DNA from: Phoronis australis
Lineage: Eukaryota > Animalia > Phoronida
Direction of reading: 5' to 3'
NCBI GenBank assembly: GCA_002633005.1
Contig: NMRA01000052.1
Location: 1,167,235-1,231,234 of the forward strand
DNA length: 64,000 nt
Position numbers and translations under genes: made by a program. Below the pieces are notes generated by a model. That model ran no database searches. It was not told where the DNA came from and saw only the letters and a program-made list of their open reading frames with translations. Positions 1 through 11,811 of this stretch are shown here, piece after piece (position 1 is the first letter of the stretch; each line of letters starts with the position of its first letter).

Positions 1-157
1 ACAACAAAATAACAATAATAATGAACAGTGAGTCACGAAATTTGCAGCTTTGCGCATGAACACGCCAGATTCCTGCCACCGTCTCCGAGTTATTTGGTGC
101 CACTTGACACTGATCATCTTGGCATGCGCCATGTCCGTTTTTGGTGTCCGCCTATTT

Positions 158-280
158 ACGGGCGGATCTAGCATTTAGAGTTGGTGGGCCAGGGTACAGT
201 ATTAGCCAGGATTTTGCCCGTCAGACATTCGCCCACCCCAACTTCCGAATGGACTCTGGGAGAATATTAGGGGGCCATGG
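158..280 (+). mobile_element. Fragment of a hAT-like MITE (same family as 34768-34911)
   Basis: Starts with GGGCGGATCTAG, similar to the family terminus. Shares AGTATTAGCCAGGATTTTGCCCGTCAGACATTC and GGA(C/A)TCTGGGAGAAT with 34768-34911. Confidence 0.6.
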
Positions 281-563
281 TCATCTGCTGACTAAGCAGC
301 GCAGAATACTGAAGTCAACTTCATTCGAAAATGGGAACTCATCAGCTAAATAAGATTCTTCAAGACGTTTAGACGATACAGCTGCGGACGCCGGACGCCC
401 TGTCGTACATAGAAGACGGCAATACACACACACATGTGTATTGGGTGGACGCATAAAAATTATCCACACGACCCACAATGAGAACTACAAATGCATACGG
501 TCAGTGCGGGTAGAGGTCTATGGCGACGAGCAAGACAACCATTCTGACCAATCACAGCTATAC

Positions 564-3500
564 CTTCCAAATCTCGTCATTACACCAGGCGGGTAAGCCG
601 CTGTATAACATCCTCCCGTGAACCTCTCCTGTGTCCAGTCGTTCTCCACATATGCCGTTGGCTAGAAAATTTGTCAAAGTGTGTCAAAACTGAAACAAAA
701 AATCTATTGGGAGTTTGAAGTTTTATTTAAAAATACTAGTTCAAGTTGCAAGAGTTGTCTAAGTTACTGCGCGCGACACTTTTTACTTTTGAGTATAACA
801 TTTTACTGCATGTTTGACCTAAACATAATAATATTGGAGGCCAACAGTATGGGATTACCATTAAGCACGAAAGTTGCGAAGCCGACACAAACCGGTTTGA
901 CGCATTTGCAGCCTGAATAACTTCATTTAAGATTTTGGCATCTCAGTGCGACCGGTAGGTTGAGATATTAGACTTGAAACGTGTAAAACGCACTGGGTAT
1001 GAGATTGTCAACGATATCTGAACATAGTGACACTTTCAAGGGTCTTGGGTGGCAATTTTCGCCAAACTTTCAGAATGTGAAGACAGTTATACCTCGCAGA
1101 ACCTTATTGATATGTGTTGAAATCGGTACGCAACAGGTATTTCTCGATCCTTGAGTGTTCATTTCCATGATGTCATTATCGACCCGGTGACCTCTGCTCT
1201 GGAGAGCTACGAGGAATAAACAAACTTCCATGGAGATTTCATTAAAATAGTAAATAAATGGTGAAAGTGGCGGTTGGTCATGATTTTTGCCAGCAATGCG
1301 TAAATATTACAGCTTCGTTTTGATATGGAATTTTTCACTTTATGCTCAAGTCTATATCTTTAGGCCCACTATGTATTTCAACCCGTGTAGTTCATTTGAA
1401 TTAAAACTTTCGCATCCCTATTTCTTATCCAGGAGTCCGCCAGCAAAGTAAAAACAAGAACTACGTGAAAGGTGTCTGAAGTCAAATTTTGCGACAACGA
1501 AAGAACGATCACTTACTTCCTCTAATTCCTGTATTCCATAAATTCGTGCTAGTGATTGGCACGTTCTCGTTTTTCTCTCCTCGAAGGAGAGGGGAGATAA
1601 CTGCTGCACACCGTCCCCGTTAACAAATCTGTAAATGAATTAATAAAACAGCATATCAATAGCCTAACATCATATTGGGTATTTTTTTACAAAATAAAAC
1701 TTTAAATAAACAGTTTTGGCATGCCTTGAGTGTTCACAGTCACTGCATCCTGCTAGTGAAGAGTTCATCCTGAACCCTCCCACATTTTCATAAATCGTTA
1801 CACAATCTTGCCTATGAACACCGCCAGTGCTTACATCGTTAAGGCGGGGAACGATCCGTCTGGTTTGCTGTCGTCATCCGTCGCCTTGACAGGCTCATTC
1901 AGTTTGTCGCTGTTGGTGAACCCACTAAGACCTACAAAGAGTAACAAAGAGCGACTTGTTCTCATTTTAACTCACTGAACCAGGCATGTTGGACAAAACA
2001 ATCAAATAACTCAGTAACGCGAAAGCATTGATCTGAAAAGATTTGGTGCAGCAAGGCTACTTACGGACAAAAACAAACCTTTCTCTTTCCAGTACGAGCG
2101 CTGGTAGACTGCAGTAGACTTAATGCACCGCCCCATCGGTACACGTCGCATGAGCTGTTGCCTGGCCAAGCTTAACGACGGCTCGAAATTTATCGAGTTT
2201 TGAGTATTGAAAGGAACTGTCATTGCTACCTGCGATGCTTCTATCACGTGACCATCTTCAGTTTCAACCCAAACAGCCGTTTCGCTCTGCTTCACCGATT
2301 TCACAACATGACGCAGGCGTATCCTTCCTGGAATTATCAAAATTTAGCTAAAATGCCTTTTTGCCTTGAATAAATTGCTTTGATTCCAGAGAATTCGTTT
2401 TTTTTTTTTCTGCCTTCTACGTTCAGATCTGAAATTGTGATTGCGATCCATGGGCTGCAACAGGGTGCGCGCTAGCCGAATGCAATGCACTGTCGACTAC
2501 TCGTACAACGTCCAGAAATACGAGAGCTTGAACTGAAATTGTATTGGAATAACACTAGCTGAAAACCGCCTTGTTTCGCAAGTTGAGAGCAACGCGAGAG
2601 CAACTTGCGAAATCCCCACATATGTGACCTATCAGCTAGGTATGTGACGCCTGCCTGCACTCTTTCGAGAATTTTTGAAGGCGCATAAAGATAACCGAGA
2701 GGCAGTTTCGTGCCGGATGTGGAAGCAATTCCACTATGGGGTTAAGATCTAAGGTCACACGGAATTTCGTCTCGGAGCCTTGGCAGTTAGTTACAGAATT
2801 GATTACACAAATATGGGTCGAGATAAAGAGGGTAAAATCAGGTTGGATATGGGCCGAGTGAGAGAAATATTGCTCTCAACAATCGGCAGTACATGGGTAT
2901 ACCCGCTGTAGCCGTCTCCATTTGTTTAAATATAAGACCACTGATGCTTCTCTCTATCGATTTCTTCGTCTGCTTGATTGACATGTCTCATGCTCTGATG
3001 TGCAGCAATTGTCAGGTGTGTTCCATAGGGCGAAGAAAGACACAAAAACGCGAGATCACCAAAGTCTTCGCAATACATTACACGAGAAGCGCGTAATCAC
3101 ATTAGTTTTTCTCGCGAGTGTTTTGAGGCTACAGAACACAGTCCAAGCAAAATCAACCTCAAATTAGAAATCACTGAACCGGGTTTTAGCCAATCAGAGG
3201 AAGTTTCAGTGGTCATATAAGTAATTTTGTGACACCAGTGAGTACCTCCTAACTGTTCAGCCATTTTGATACTGATTTGTTGTGATCCGCCCACGAACTT
3301 GAATTCCTATAAATGCACAAAACATATTAAGTACCACTGAGCACAGTGTGAAGTAATTGGAACAATTATTTTTGGCAGAGGTCAAGATATTTTGAGTTAA
3401 TTTAATCAAACTGGTTTTACGTTACACATTTTCACTTAAAAGTCGACACACATCTTGGTTTGCCGTTAGGAATTATAAAGCGAAAAAACACGATATTAAA

Positions 3501-6500
3501 ATCAATTTCATAAGCAACGATATAAAAGTATGAATATTTGCGCATCGGTACAGCACATGGTCCTTCAATGAGGGTAGTGAGTTTCGATAACATAAGACCA
3601 TTTATAAACTAATAATTTAATGCCTATATTCCAGTCACTGCAGTGTAACGCTTAATTAGCGTTTTATGAGCAATTGTCGAAACGGTGTTCATTTTGACAT
3701 ACAAGATACGGTGTTGCCCTGTGATTTTAACCGACTTACCACTGGACTGTCTTACGTCACATAAAAACATTCGACGTTCGACTGCCGTGCGACATCAGAT
3801 GGTGCAATATTCCTACACTGTCATACGAGTCGTCTACGATAAGTCATAGTTACGACAATCGCGTGGCTTCCACACGACTATTGTCCGCTCGTGAAATCCC
3901 CAGTATTTTTTAATTGTTTTGCACCACACTAAGACCTCTACGAATCTCGATGGAAAAGGTGTGCTATCGCGAATAACAGACTAACACAGCGCCGAGGGCT
4001 TCGGGATTAACCAAGTAACTAAACACACAGACTCAGTTTGTTGTATATATTACTTTGAAGCACTACTAGAGACATCTTGTGTATGGAAACATCATTTTGC
4101 AAATTCCTAATGTAAATACTAAAAGGCCTGGAATAAAATCAGTAGCGACTATTTCAAGATTAAATAATAGACATACTAAGATCTGTTAATGACCCAAGAG
4201 TGCTTTAACTATTCATTATTTCAGATGGGTTTGTAATTGTTTTCTCACCTGCCCTCCATTTTCTGTCTCCCAAATTCGATAACTTCCGCAGCAAGATTTT
4301 ACATACCACAACATCCACAAAAGGGAAATTTCAGACGGCTCTATTGCCAGGTTTGCATGACAGAACGAAGTCGCGAAATCTTTACACGTCCTGAAATGTG
4401 GGAAGTAATGCAAATCACATCATTCAGTGCAAGTTATTCGTTAGCTTCTGCATGTTTTGTGTGGTCGTTTTTTAAGCAGGGTATTCAGGTCTTCAATAAA
4501 TAATGAACAAAAAAGGTTTTGAGGCTATTTAGGTATGCCACTTGAAAATAAGACATATGCAAATGAGGGGTCAAAACTATTGAACATGAACTCGCAACAT
4601 CAAACAATGACTAATTTTCAGCCAATTTCAAGTTCTTTATTTCGTATTACCTTGCACTGATTGTGACGTAATACTTTAAATATCAAAAGCACCAAAACCT
4701 GAACAACCAGTGCTTTGTATTTTTCGTGCTTAAAATAACATTATATGATAATGCATGTCAATCATTGCCTTATCCACAATTCCCGGTCACTGAGGTAGTT
4801 GGTTTAGCCAAGGTCACACAACGCACCACATCCGGGACTGAATCAACGGCCAAACAAAAACACCGAAATTTCCCCTGTTGTTGTCCGACTATTCCGTGAC
4901 AGGGGCAGATTTTTGTAGAGGGTCGTCATAGGGGTTCGGTGTAGAAATTGCGAGAAATAAGCAAACTTCCCAAAAAGAACTCACTATAAAAATGAAAGTC
5001 ATTGACAATATTTATACGTTATGCTATTTCAAGAACAGATATAAGAAATGAGTTATTTAGTAGTTTTCATGAGATTTTGAGCAGGTGCATGTCAAGACAA
5101 CGGAGGTACGTACTGAGTCCAGAACGTTGTATCCAGCCATTTTTGAACAGTGATACTATCCCACTCCACGGCATGTGGCGCTGACCAAGGCGCGTCGGCA
5201 GGAATCTGAAACATCCACTACTTCAAAAATTGTCCAGTGACATTATTTTTGTTTAAGGAAATAGTGGGAAAACGAAAAACTCTTGATAGAAAAGCAGAAA
5301 AGTGAATTTCGCTCAATAAGGGCAATTAACACAGTGCGGTTGTTATTTCGTAAGTTATTTTGAAAGTTAAAAATCCCAGCATTCCCTATTACACCGACAG
5401 TGTCAGCATCATCCGAAACACATCGAGTATTTTCGTACCCTCAAAAACACAAATCCAAGTTTTTATCCACCATCTTGAATATTCAGTCAGGAAGAATAAA
5501 CAAACCAATTCATATAAGGGATGTTAAAACCCACATCTTTCGTAAGATTATTGCTAGATTGTAAAAAGGTTGAAATTACCTAATTCTTTACGTATTCAGG
5601 ATTACCACAAACTCGTTTTTCTTCTACAGAACCTCGTATGCTCAATTTTGAAGTTTGTTGTAAAATACCGAAGCTATTGGCAAAAAATCTGGCTGGCAAT
5701 TTTGAACGTTAAGCCAAATTTTCACGAGAGCCACATCTTTTGTATTTATACTGTTAGTTAGCCCTCCATACGTAATAAAAGGAATTTCCTTATATTATTT
5801 GAATAGGAAATAGTTATTATTACCGATAACCCCGACATCGGCTCAGAGCCCAGCGAAGCCGATTTCCGAGTGATAAAAGTTAATTTCATGAATAATCTGA
5901 AATAATCCGTGTCCAAACAATCCAGCGGCATTCATGTATTGATGGCATGGATTTATTATCAAGCACTGTTTTCACCGTTTATTGGCTAATTTAAGAGAAA
6001 TCTGCATTTCATTATCGAGATCCCATTCAACTCAATGTAAAAATCGGCTTGTTTGCTCAATCAAGTTCACCACCACGCGAGTGCGCACGCGCTAGGCATG
6101 TTAATTCCAAAAACTAGCAGTTTCCCTCAGAGGTAGAGATCATCTGCGCATGTGCAAACTTCAGTCATGGGGGTAATCATTCTACAGTTTAAAACTCGCA
6201 TGGCTTTCCAGATGACTGAAGTCTGCACATGCGCAGATAACTCATCGCAGATGTTCCGGATCAGTGTGTCTGCACGCTTCCGACAGACACTACGTTATAC
6301 CTCAGCTCCCATGGCATCGAGACTTCTCATGAAGTGATTCATATCCAGCCAGGCAATGAAATTCCATTTCGTAGGGAAAAACCCGTCGAACAATACAATA
6401 CTTCCCTAAAAAGACAATAACGACAGAATGCATGGAACGCGGAATCGTTCAGTGGTACTTAATGTACACAATTTAGTAATCCTTGCGAATGGCACAAACA

Positions 6501-7183
6501 AAATATCATTTTTGAATGAGTATACCAACTACAAACATGAACCATCATTATGAATAGAACAGAAGTTTACGCTTATCATTATGCTGTAAACATACAACGT
6601 ATCTAATGCCGAGTAAATAAAAGTGAGCACTGTTCTGCTTATCAAATGCATTACGCAAGATATGGAAGTGTTCCCAACCTGAACGGTAAAGATGGCTACA
6701 ATAGCCTATAGGTGGGCCACTAATTTTAAATCAACTATGACGCATTAACGGGGAGGCGGCGTGAAATTGAAATGGGTGGCGAACGAGATAAGGGCAACAT
6801 GATACACCAGTGGTGATGACAGGGACGGCGAAAAAATACTGACAAACAGTTGAAATTGGACGGGGCAAAACTATCTTCTACAGCAGAAACAATAATCCAA
6901 TCTTTTACGATTTGACCTATCAAACCTTTATCAATATGCAGACTTACATTTCGCCTATACTGCAACGCCTGTCCTTGAATGAACGTTTTGAATATATCAA
7001 CTCCGTGCTCCTTCGACACTCGTAAGATTCTGTTCTGCGTAGGGCCCACGAAAGCTCCCCCAACATCGCAATATCCAAATGACGGGTCGTGCTTGGTCAG
7101 TGTGCGTCCTCCAACTCTGTCACGTGCCTCGAGAACGATCACCTGTAGACCTTCTTGCTTCAACAGTTTGGCACAACATAACC
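564..7183 (-). CDS. MAO: Flavin-containing monoamine oxidase (MAO-A/B-like), multi-exon, partial at both ends
   Basis: Exons with GT-AG ends and consistent phases: 7183-6948, 6405-6301, 5205-5114, 4390-4249, 3306-3246, 2327-2079, 1931-1835, 1628-1517, 661-564. The spliced product contains LEARDRVGGRT, DVGGAFVGPTQNRIL, IPADAPW, SLLWMLWYVKS, NGGQEFKFVGGSQQIS, PMGRCIK, DDSKPDGSFPAL and the FAD-cysteine motif TGGCY. The GxGxxG first exon and the C-terminal exons were not found in the window. Confidence 0.93.
4785..4850 (-). mobile_element. Possible degenerate CORE/MIR-like tRNA-derived SINE fragment
   Basis: GCCAAGGTCACACAAC...CCGGGACTGAATC resembles the reverse strand of a SINE core plus B-box. 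It is short and decayed. Confidence 0.3.
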
Positions 7184-7499
7184 CTGGAAACGCGTTTCGA
7201 GGATAAAAACGTACTCGGTATTCACGTACACTCACACGACTATGCGTTCAATTTTCCAACATTTTGAAAGGTGTTGTTCGTTAATATACATATCTGTAGT
7301 TCTGCTGAAAAGTATACAGCGGTGTTTTCAGCCGAAATATTGTGCACAAAACATAACCGATTTGCAATTTCTAACACCGTTCTCACAAGATTTTGTACAT
7401 GTGTTTTATGGTCTGTGTCAACATTAGGAACAAAAATGAATGAAGACTTGGAACAAAAAGGGATTTTGATGGCTGATGTACCCGTTATTTATCTGTAAA

Positions 7500-7698
7500 T
7501 CAAACCCCGAGAAACGGTACCACGATCGGAGCTGTACGTGCTCTGAATTTGTATTCTGCGTTTGCGCCTTTTTAGTGGACTTTTTATCTCGTTTTCTTGG
7601 ACTTTTAGTTTCTCTGTGGCGGACCTTTTTACCCACTTCGCCATATGGGGGGAGGGGTCGTTCGAGCCCCCCGAGTCCCCCTCTCGGGTGCGCGCATG
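7500..7698 (-). mobile_element. Partial hAT-like MITE, inverted copy of 17378-17623
   Basis: The reverse complement starts CATGCGCGCACCCGAG and aligns with 17378 onward (GGGCTCGAACGA, TGGCGAAGTGGG, AAAAGTCCACTAAA). Confidence 0.7.
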
Positions 7699-7902
7699 AA
7701 TTATGTTGTATTCTGTGCTGGATTCTGAAGTGTTATGGATTATTTCGAAATATTTTGTGGAACAGATACTAGCCAATAAGCCACACACAACAGTCACTTA
7801 CTTTAGACATAACACTGAATAGCAGGAAAAGGAGTAGCTGAGTGAGTCGAGGCCACGGGAGTTTGTCTCGATCTTCTTAGAGCACAGCCTCTCATACGTT
7901 AA

Positions 7903-8231
7903 AGGCGAAGGCAACCTTTTTTCATGTCACTTTTAGCAAAAATAAAGGTTCGTTGATTGTCCCAGACACATTTTTCACTTAATTACAGCTTTTCGTAATT
8001 TGATTAATTTCTCGTCCTCTACTCCGGAAGTGACGTTTTGGGAGGCAAGAGTTTCGCGCCAATTTATTTTCATTGTAGTCTGACAGTGAGGGCTGTCGAG
8101 TCACTTCCGTAGTAGACGACGAGTAATTAATTAAATTACGAAAACCAGTAAATAAGTGAAAAATATGTTTGAGATAATCAACGAACCTTATTTTTACTAA
8201 AAATGACATGAAAAAAGGTTTGCCTTCGCCT
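7903..8231. mobile_element. Fold-back MITE with TTAA target-site duplication (Kolobok/T2-type)
   Basis: TTAA|AGGCGAAGGCAACCTTTTTTCATGTCA ... TGACATGAAAAAAGGTTTGCCTTCGCCT|TTAA. Imperfect inverted arms of about 130 bp, with AG..CT termini. Confidence 0.85.
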
Positions 8232-8342
8232 TTAACATGTTCATGTACATACAGACCAGAAATGTATTTTGAGGTGCACCTACATACAGTATGTTCTCCA
8301 CCTGTGTCACCTCATTGGAACGTGAACTTTTGTCTTTTGTCA

Positions 8343-8384
8343 TGAGAATGGTTTAAAGACAATAAACCGAAACGTCGATCAATA
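8343..8384 (+). other. Degenerate hammerhead-like motif, possibly a Penelope pseudo-LTR remnant
   Basis: TGAGAA-T-GGTTTA(aagacaa)TAAACC-GAAA-CGTCG-ATC. Stem II and GAAA are present, but the CUGANGA core is mutated. Confidence 0.35.
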
Positions 8385-9768
8385 TTTCGTTAGTTTACAC
8401 ATGCACTGATTTTAAAGTTCGTACAACTACTGATCGAGCTAGCCTATCGCGTGCAAGACTGGGTGTAAAGCCCCGGCCAGGTACCGTACCAGTACGAGTA
8501 GTTTAGAGGTTTAGGATCGAAGAGTGAATACCTAGTTCTTTGGTTTCTGCAAGTGGACAACCCCGAGGTCGAGTGTGACACCACATACACTGAGAATTTC
8601 TGACCAATCAGCATGGCCCGATGGGCGGCTGAGGCTCACATTGCTAAGCCCTGTCCAGATGCATAGCCAAATATGGTCAAGTCAAGAAACTACAAGAGGG
8701 ATGCTTAAACGATAAAAACCCACTAGAGGGCGCATCATGCTCTGGTGGCACTGAACAGTTAGGCTGTGGCCGCGGTAAATTTGCACAAAATATCAAAATC
8801 TACGGGTAGGCCAGGCTTGGGGGCATTTTTAGTTAGTTGTATGTAGGCCAAGTGAATGCGCTTTGTTTGTATTTGTGAACGTGTTGAGAATGAAAAAAGA
8901 GCACTTGCTCGGCTGTAGTTGCACTCTTCTTCAAGATGGTGGCCCCTGTTGCAATTGCGCATCGCTAGGTAGCAACTGATAAATTGGTCGGGATTTCAGG
9001 TAGCTCTCAAACAAGCTAGATTTATAAAAATAATTGGTTGACAGTACATTTGGATCACATTTTTGGAATGGGTAGGAAATTTACTTTCGGAATCTAATGT
9101 TGGCTTTAGTCTAGCATCGGCAGGAAAGTGGTGGTTTGGAGGTGAAAAGTGCCGATTTTGCGTTTTTCTGCTCCTATTTTTCTTAGTGTAGCCTGGCTTT
9201 CAGTGGGAGTGAAAGGGTCAAAAATACAAGAGAGAATAAAAATTCTGTGTTCATCTGTAAGGCTTGTGATGTGAAATGACTCAAAAATTTTCTTTCTTTG
9301 CAGAAAGGGTGAAGAGTCCATTGACGTATGTTCTGATGGGCAAACACCTGTGAGAACTGTTCTGTGCCTCCTCTGGCTATTGCCCTCGCTGGTTGCCTGC
9401 GTGCCGCTAGGTGGTGGCTACCACCTAGCGGTATACGCAGGAAACTAGCGTGGGCAATACGCCTGTTACACTTCACCACTGCACTACACCTAGGAACGTT
9501 GCTATTCCTTCTCTTACTGGTTCCTAGACTACACTAAGACAGTTTGCCAATTAGTAGACAGGTCCCCCTTCTGTGTTGGCTCCCCTTCGGAGTGGCAGGC
9601 ATTTGTCAAGGTGTACCGCAGTGTACCACTGAGACGTATAGTATGCTTGTCCCGGGGTTCAGCTCTCGGGATAGGGCCGGCTGCTCCATAGTACCGTAGC
9701 CATTGCCAAACTGTACTCGAAACGATACCAGTTTCGCCCCCACCCCCATCCCCACGTATTCACTTGTT

Positions 9769-9769
9769 N
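9769..9769. other. Assembly N (likely contig join)
   Basis: Single n. Homology of 9770-9860 to 34285-34383 stops at this base. Confidence 0.7.
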
Positions 9770-9860
9770 ACTGGACAAAGCCTTTTCAATTTAGCCGGTG
9801 GAGCGTGAGACCCCTGAGGTCCCAATCGAGTCCTCACGACAACTTCGCGTTATGTCTTGT
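9770..9860 (-). repeat. Dispersed repeat, inverted copy of 34285-34383
   Basis: The reverse complement reads ...GTTGTCGTGAGGACTCGATTGGGACCTCAGGGGTCTCAC...TTGAAAAGGCTTTGTCCAGT. It matches ...ATTGTCGTGAGGACTTGACAGGGACCTCAGAGGTCTCAC...TTGAAAACGCTTTGCCCAGT at 34285-34383. Confidence 0.75.
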
Positions 9861-11811
9861 CTCGCTATGTTTCCTATTATTCTTGAGCTATTTGAATTTC
9901 TCCAATGATTGATTGACGTGCCTTAGCTCCGACACCCTGTGACTTCTCGGCCGGTCTGAAATTTGATAGGTATGCCTAAATAGACCTCATCATGTGCTCC
10001 ACAGAGAATCCTACACAAGTCTCAGGTTTATGACATGGGCAAAACCTCTTGGAAATTTCGTCGAAATCCCGAGGCTTCTCACATGAACCGTAAAAGCGAT
10101 ATTTTTGCCGAAAAACTCGACGTGTCTAAGACTTTCAACAACATGACGCAACTTCTGTAAAAACATGCCTGTGCAATGTAAAGAAAACTCAGTTATTCTT
10201 TGTTAACACTTTCCTACAACTGTTCAAGTTAGAATATAATAAATAGTCGATGAAGTTGTTATTTTTAAACTTAACAAATACAGTCAGCAGGGATGCCCCG
10301 CGCGTGAGCACTGAATTGACCTTGACTGAGACAACGCAGCTAGACCGTCTCACCGCTTTTCTAGAGTTGAGGTTCGTCTCCGTTTGAATTAACGATGATA
10401 TGGAATTTCCCCCCGAAGATGGGCCCGTTTAAGAAGTGGTTTTTCATGTCTTTCCGAATGGGAGCACGTACAGTTGTGACACCCAATTTGTTAGTCATAA
10501 CCTAGTCCAATTCATGTAATTCCGGAATTGTTTTGTTGGCGCGCGTTTGGTTGTTGGCATAAGTGTTTTGCAGACTATAACATCATAGACTATAGTACAT
10601 GGACCACTAACTCCGCCGTATACGTTCCTGCGCACAAGCCGTTACGTCATTATTCACTAGCGCCACCTGGCCAAATTATCGAGTATTTCTGCTAATCGTT
10701 GTCGGCTGTTGTGTGGTCGGGTGGTAGAAGCATTGCTAAAAGTACTCACGATACCAACAGTTCTACTATTGGAAGACTTTGAACAGCGTTTCAATGCCGA
10801 AATAATTTTTTTTCGTTGTACTGAACAGTAAAATAGACGCGAGAATTTTCCGTCACAATACACTAACCGCAAACTGATACAGACAATGCAAGAGAGTGGC
10901 GCCTCCTCTAGGATAGTACACAAGAAAATATCGGAGTTGCGAATCAGTTATCTATGATAAAATGTAAAGCGATAGATTTCTACTTTGCACTACTTTGTGA
11001 TTTACCTATGTAATATCAAAAAATTACGTACTCGGTGTTATCAACCAGTCGTGTCGTAACACATTCTAGGTCTTGTGAGAAAAACGTTTCCAGCTTTGAC
11101 TTACTATTTCTCGTGATATTCGAAATTTACTGGTGACGTCCCACACTTGATCATTTCTCACACTTCAGCGCAGTCACAGGTCTAAGAGTTCCAGAGCAAT
11201 GTAGGTCCTACACCGTCCTGTTATTCTATGAAATTTGCACATATCATGTGCCGAGTTACTGGCTCAAATTAGACGCAAAATGATGTTTTTGCAGCCATTT
11301 TTCAAATTTTCGATTTGCAGAGCCATTGTCCGGCATCCTTTGATGGACATTCTGGATTGTAGATAATTCCTCCCAAGTACTATATAAAATACACCATCAT
11401 TTTTTGCCACGGCTTACCATTCTCGAGTTTTCAACTTGTGTTAAATTTATTGAGTTTTTCGTGCTGTGTATCCGCCATCTCTATACAGATTGTTGTTAAA
11501 TTTAGTTAGTGGTTAGATGTTGACAAGCATCATCTGTGGTATACGCCCATTTTTTACTCCGTTCTACCGTTTCTGAGATATTTGACATTGAATGGTCAGA
11601 TGACCTCATTTATTGAGTATCCCACGTGGTGCAAGTTGTAGTTTTCATCTGATCGATACACAATTCATGTATTGTATCGGTGATTAAAATCTTCAAGCAA
11701 TAAGCTGACTCATTTGTCATAGACAAAGGCATATCAAAAGAAAAAAATGTCTACATACCAGCGTGTTCGATCCAACTCTGTTGAATTGATTTGTTGGAAT
11801 AATCATTGTAG

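Noticed and set aside
20-151. Open frame after an AG at 152-153 as the next MAO exon
   Set aside because: It translates to RTPKTDMAHAK..., lacking the expected FAGTETA...GYMEGA motif. The true exon must lie left of the window.
7765-7870. ATG TCT AAA|GTAAGT (minus strand) as MAO exon 1
   Set aside because: It is a phase-0 donor with no GxGxxG motif, so it cannot join the phase-1 acceptor at 7183 in frame. It may be a non-coding exon, but this is unsupported.
9900-9975. GAAATTTGATAG|GTATGC as a decayed FReD-A exon 3 end
   Set aside because: The upstream sequence has no similarity to VFQRR...YKQGFG, so this is likely a chance donor-like motif.
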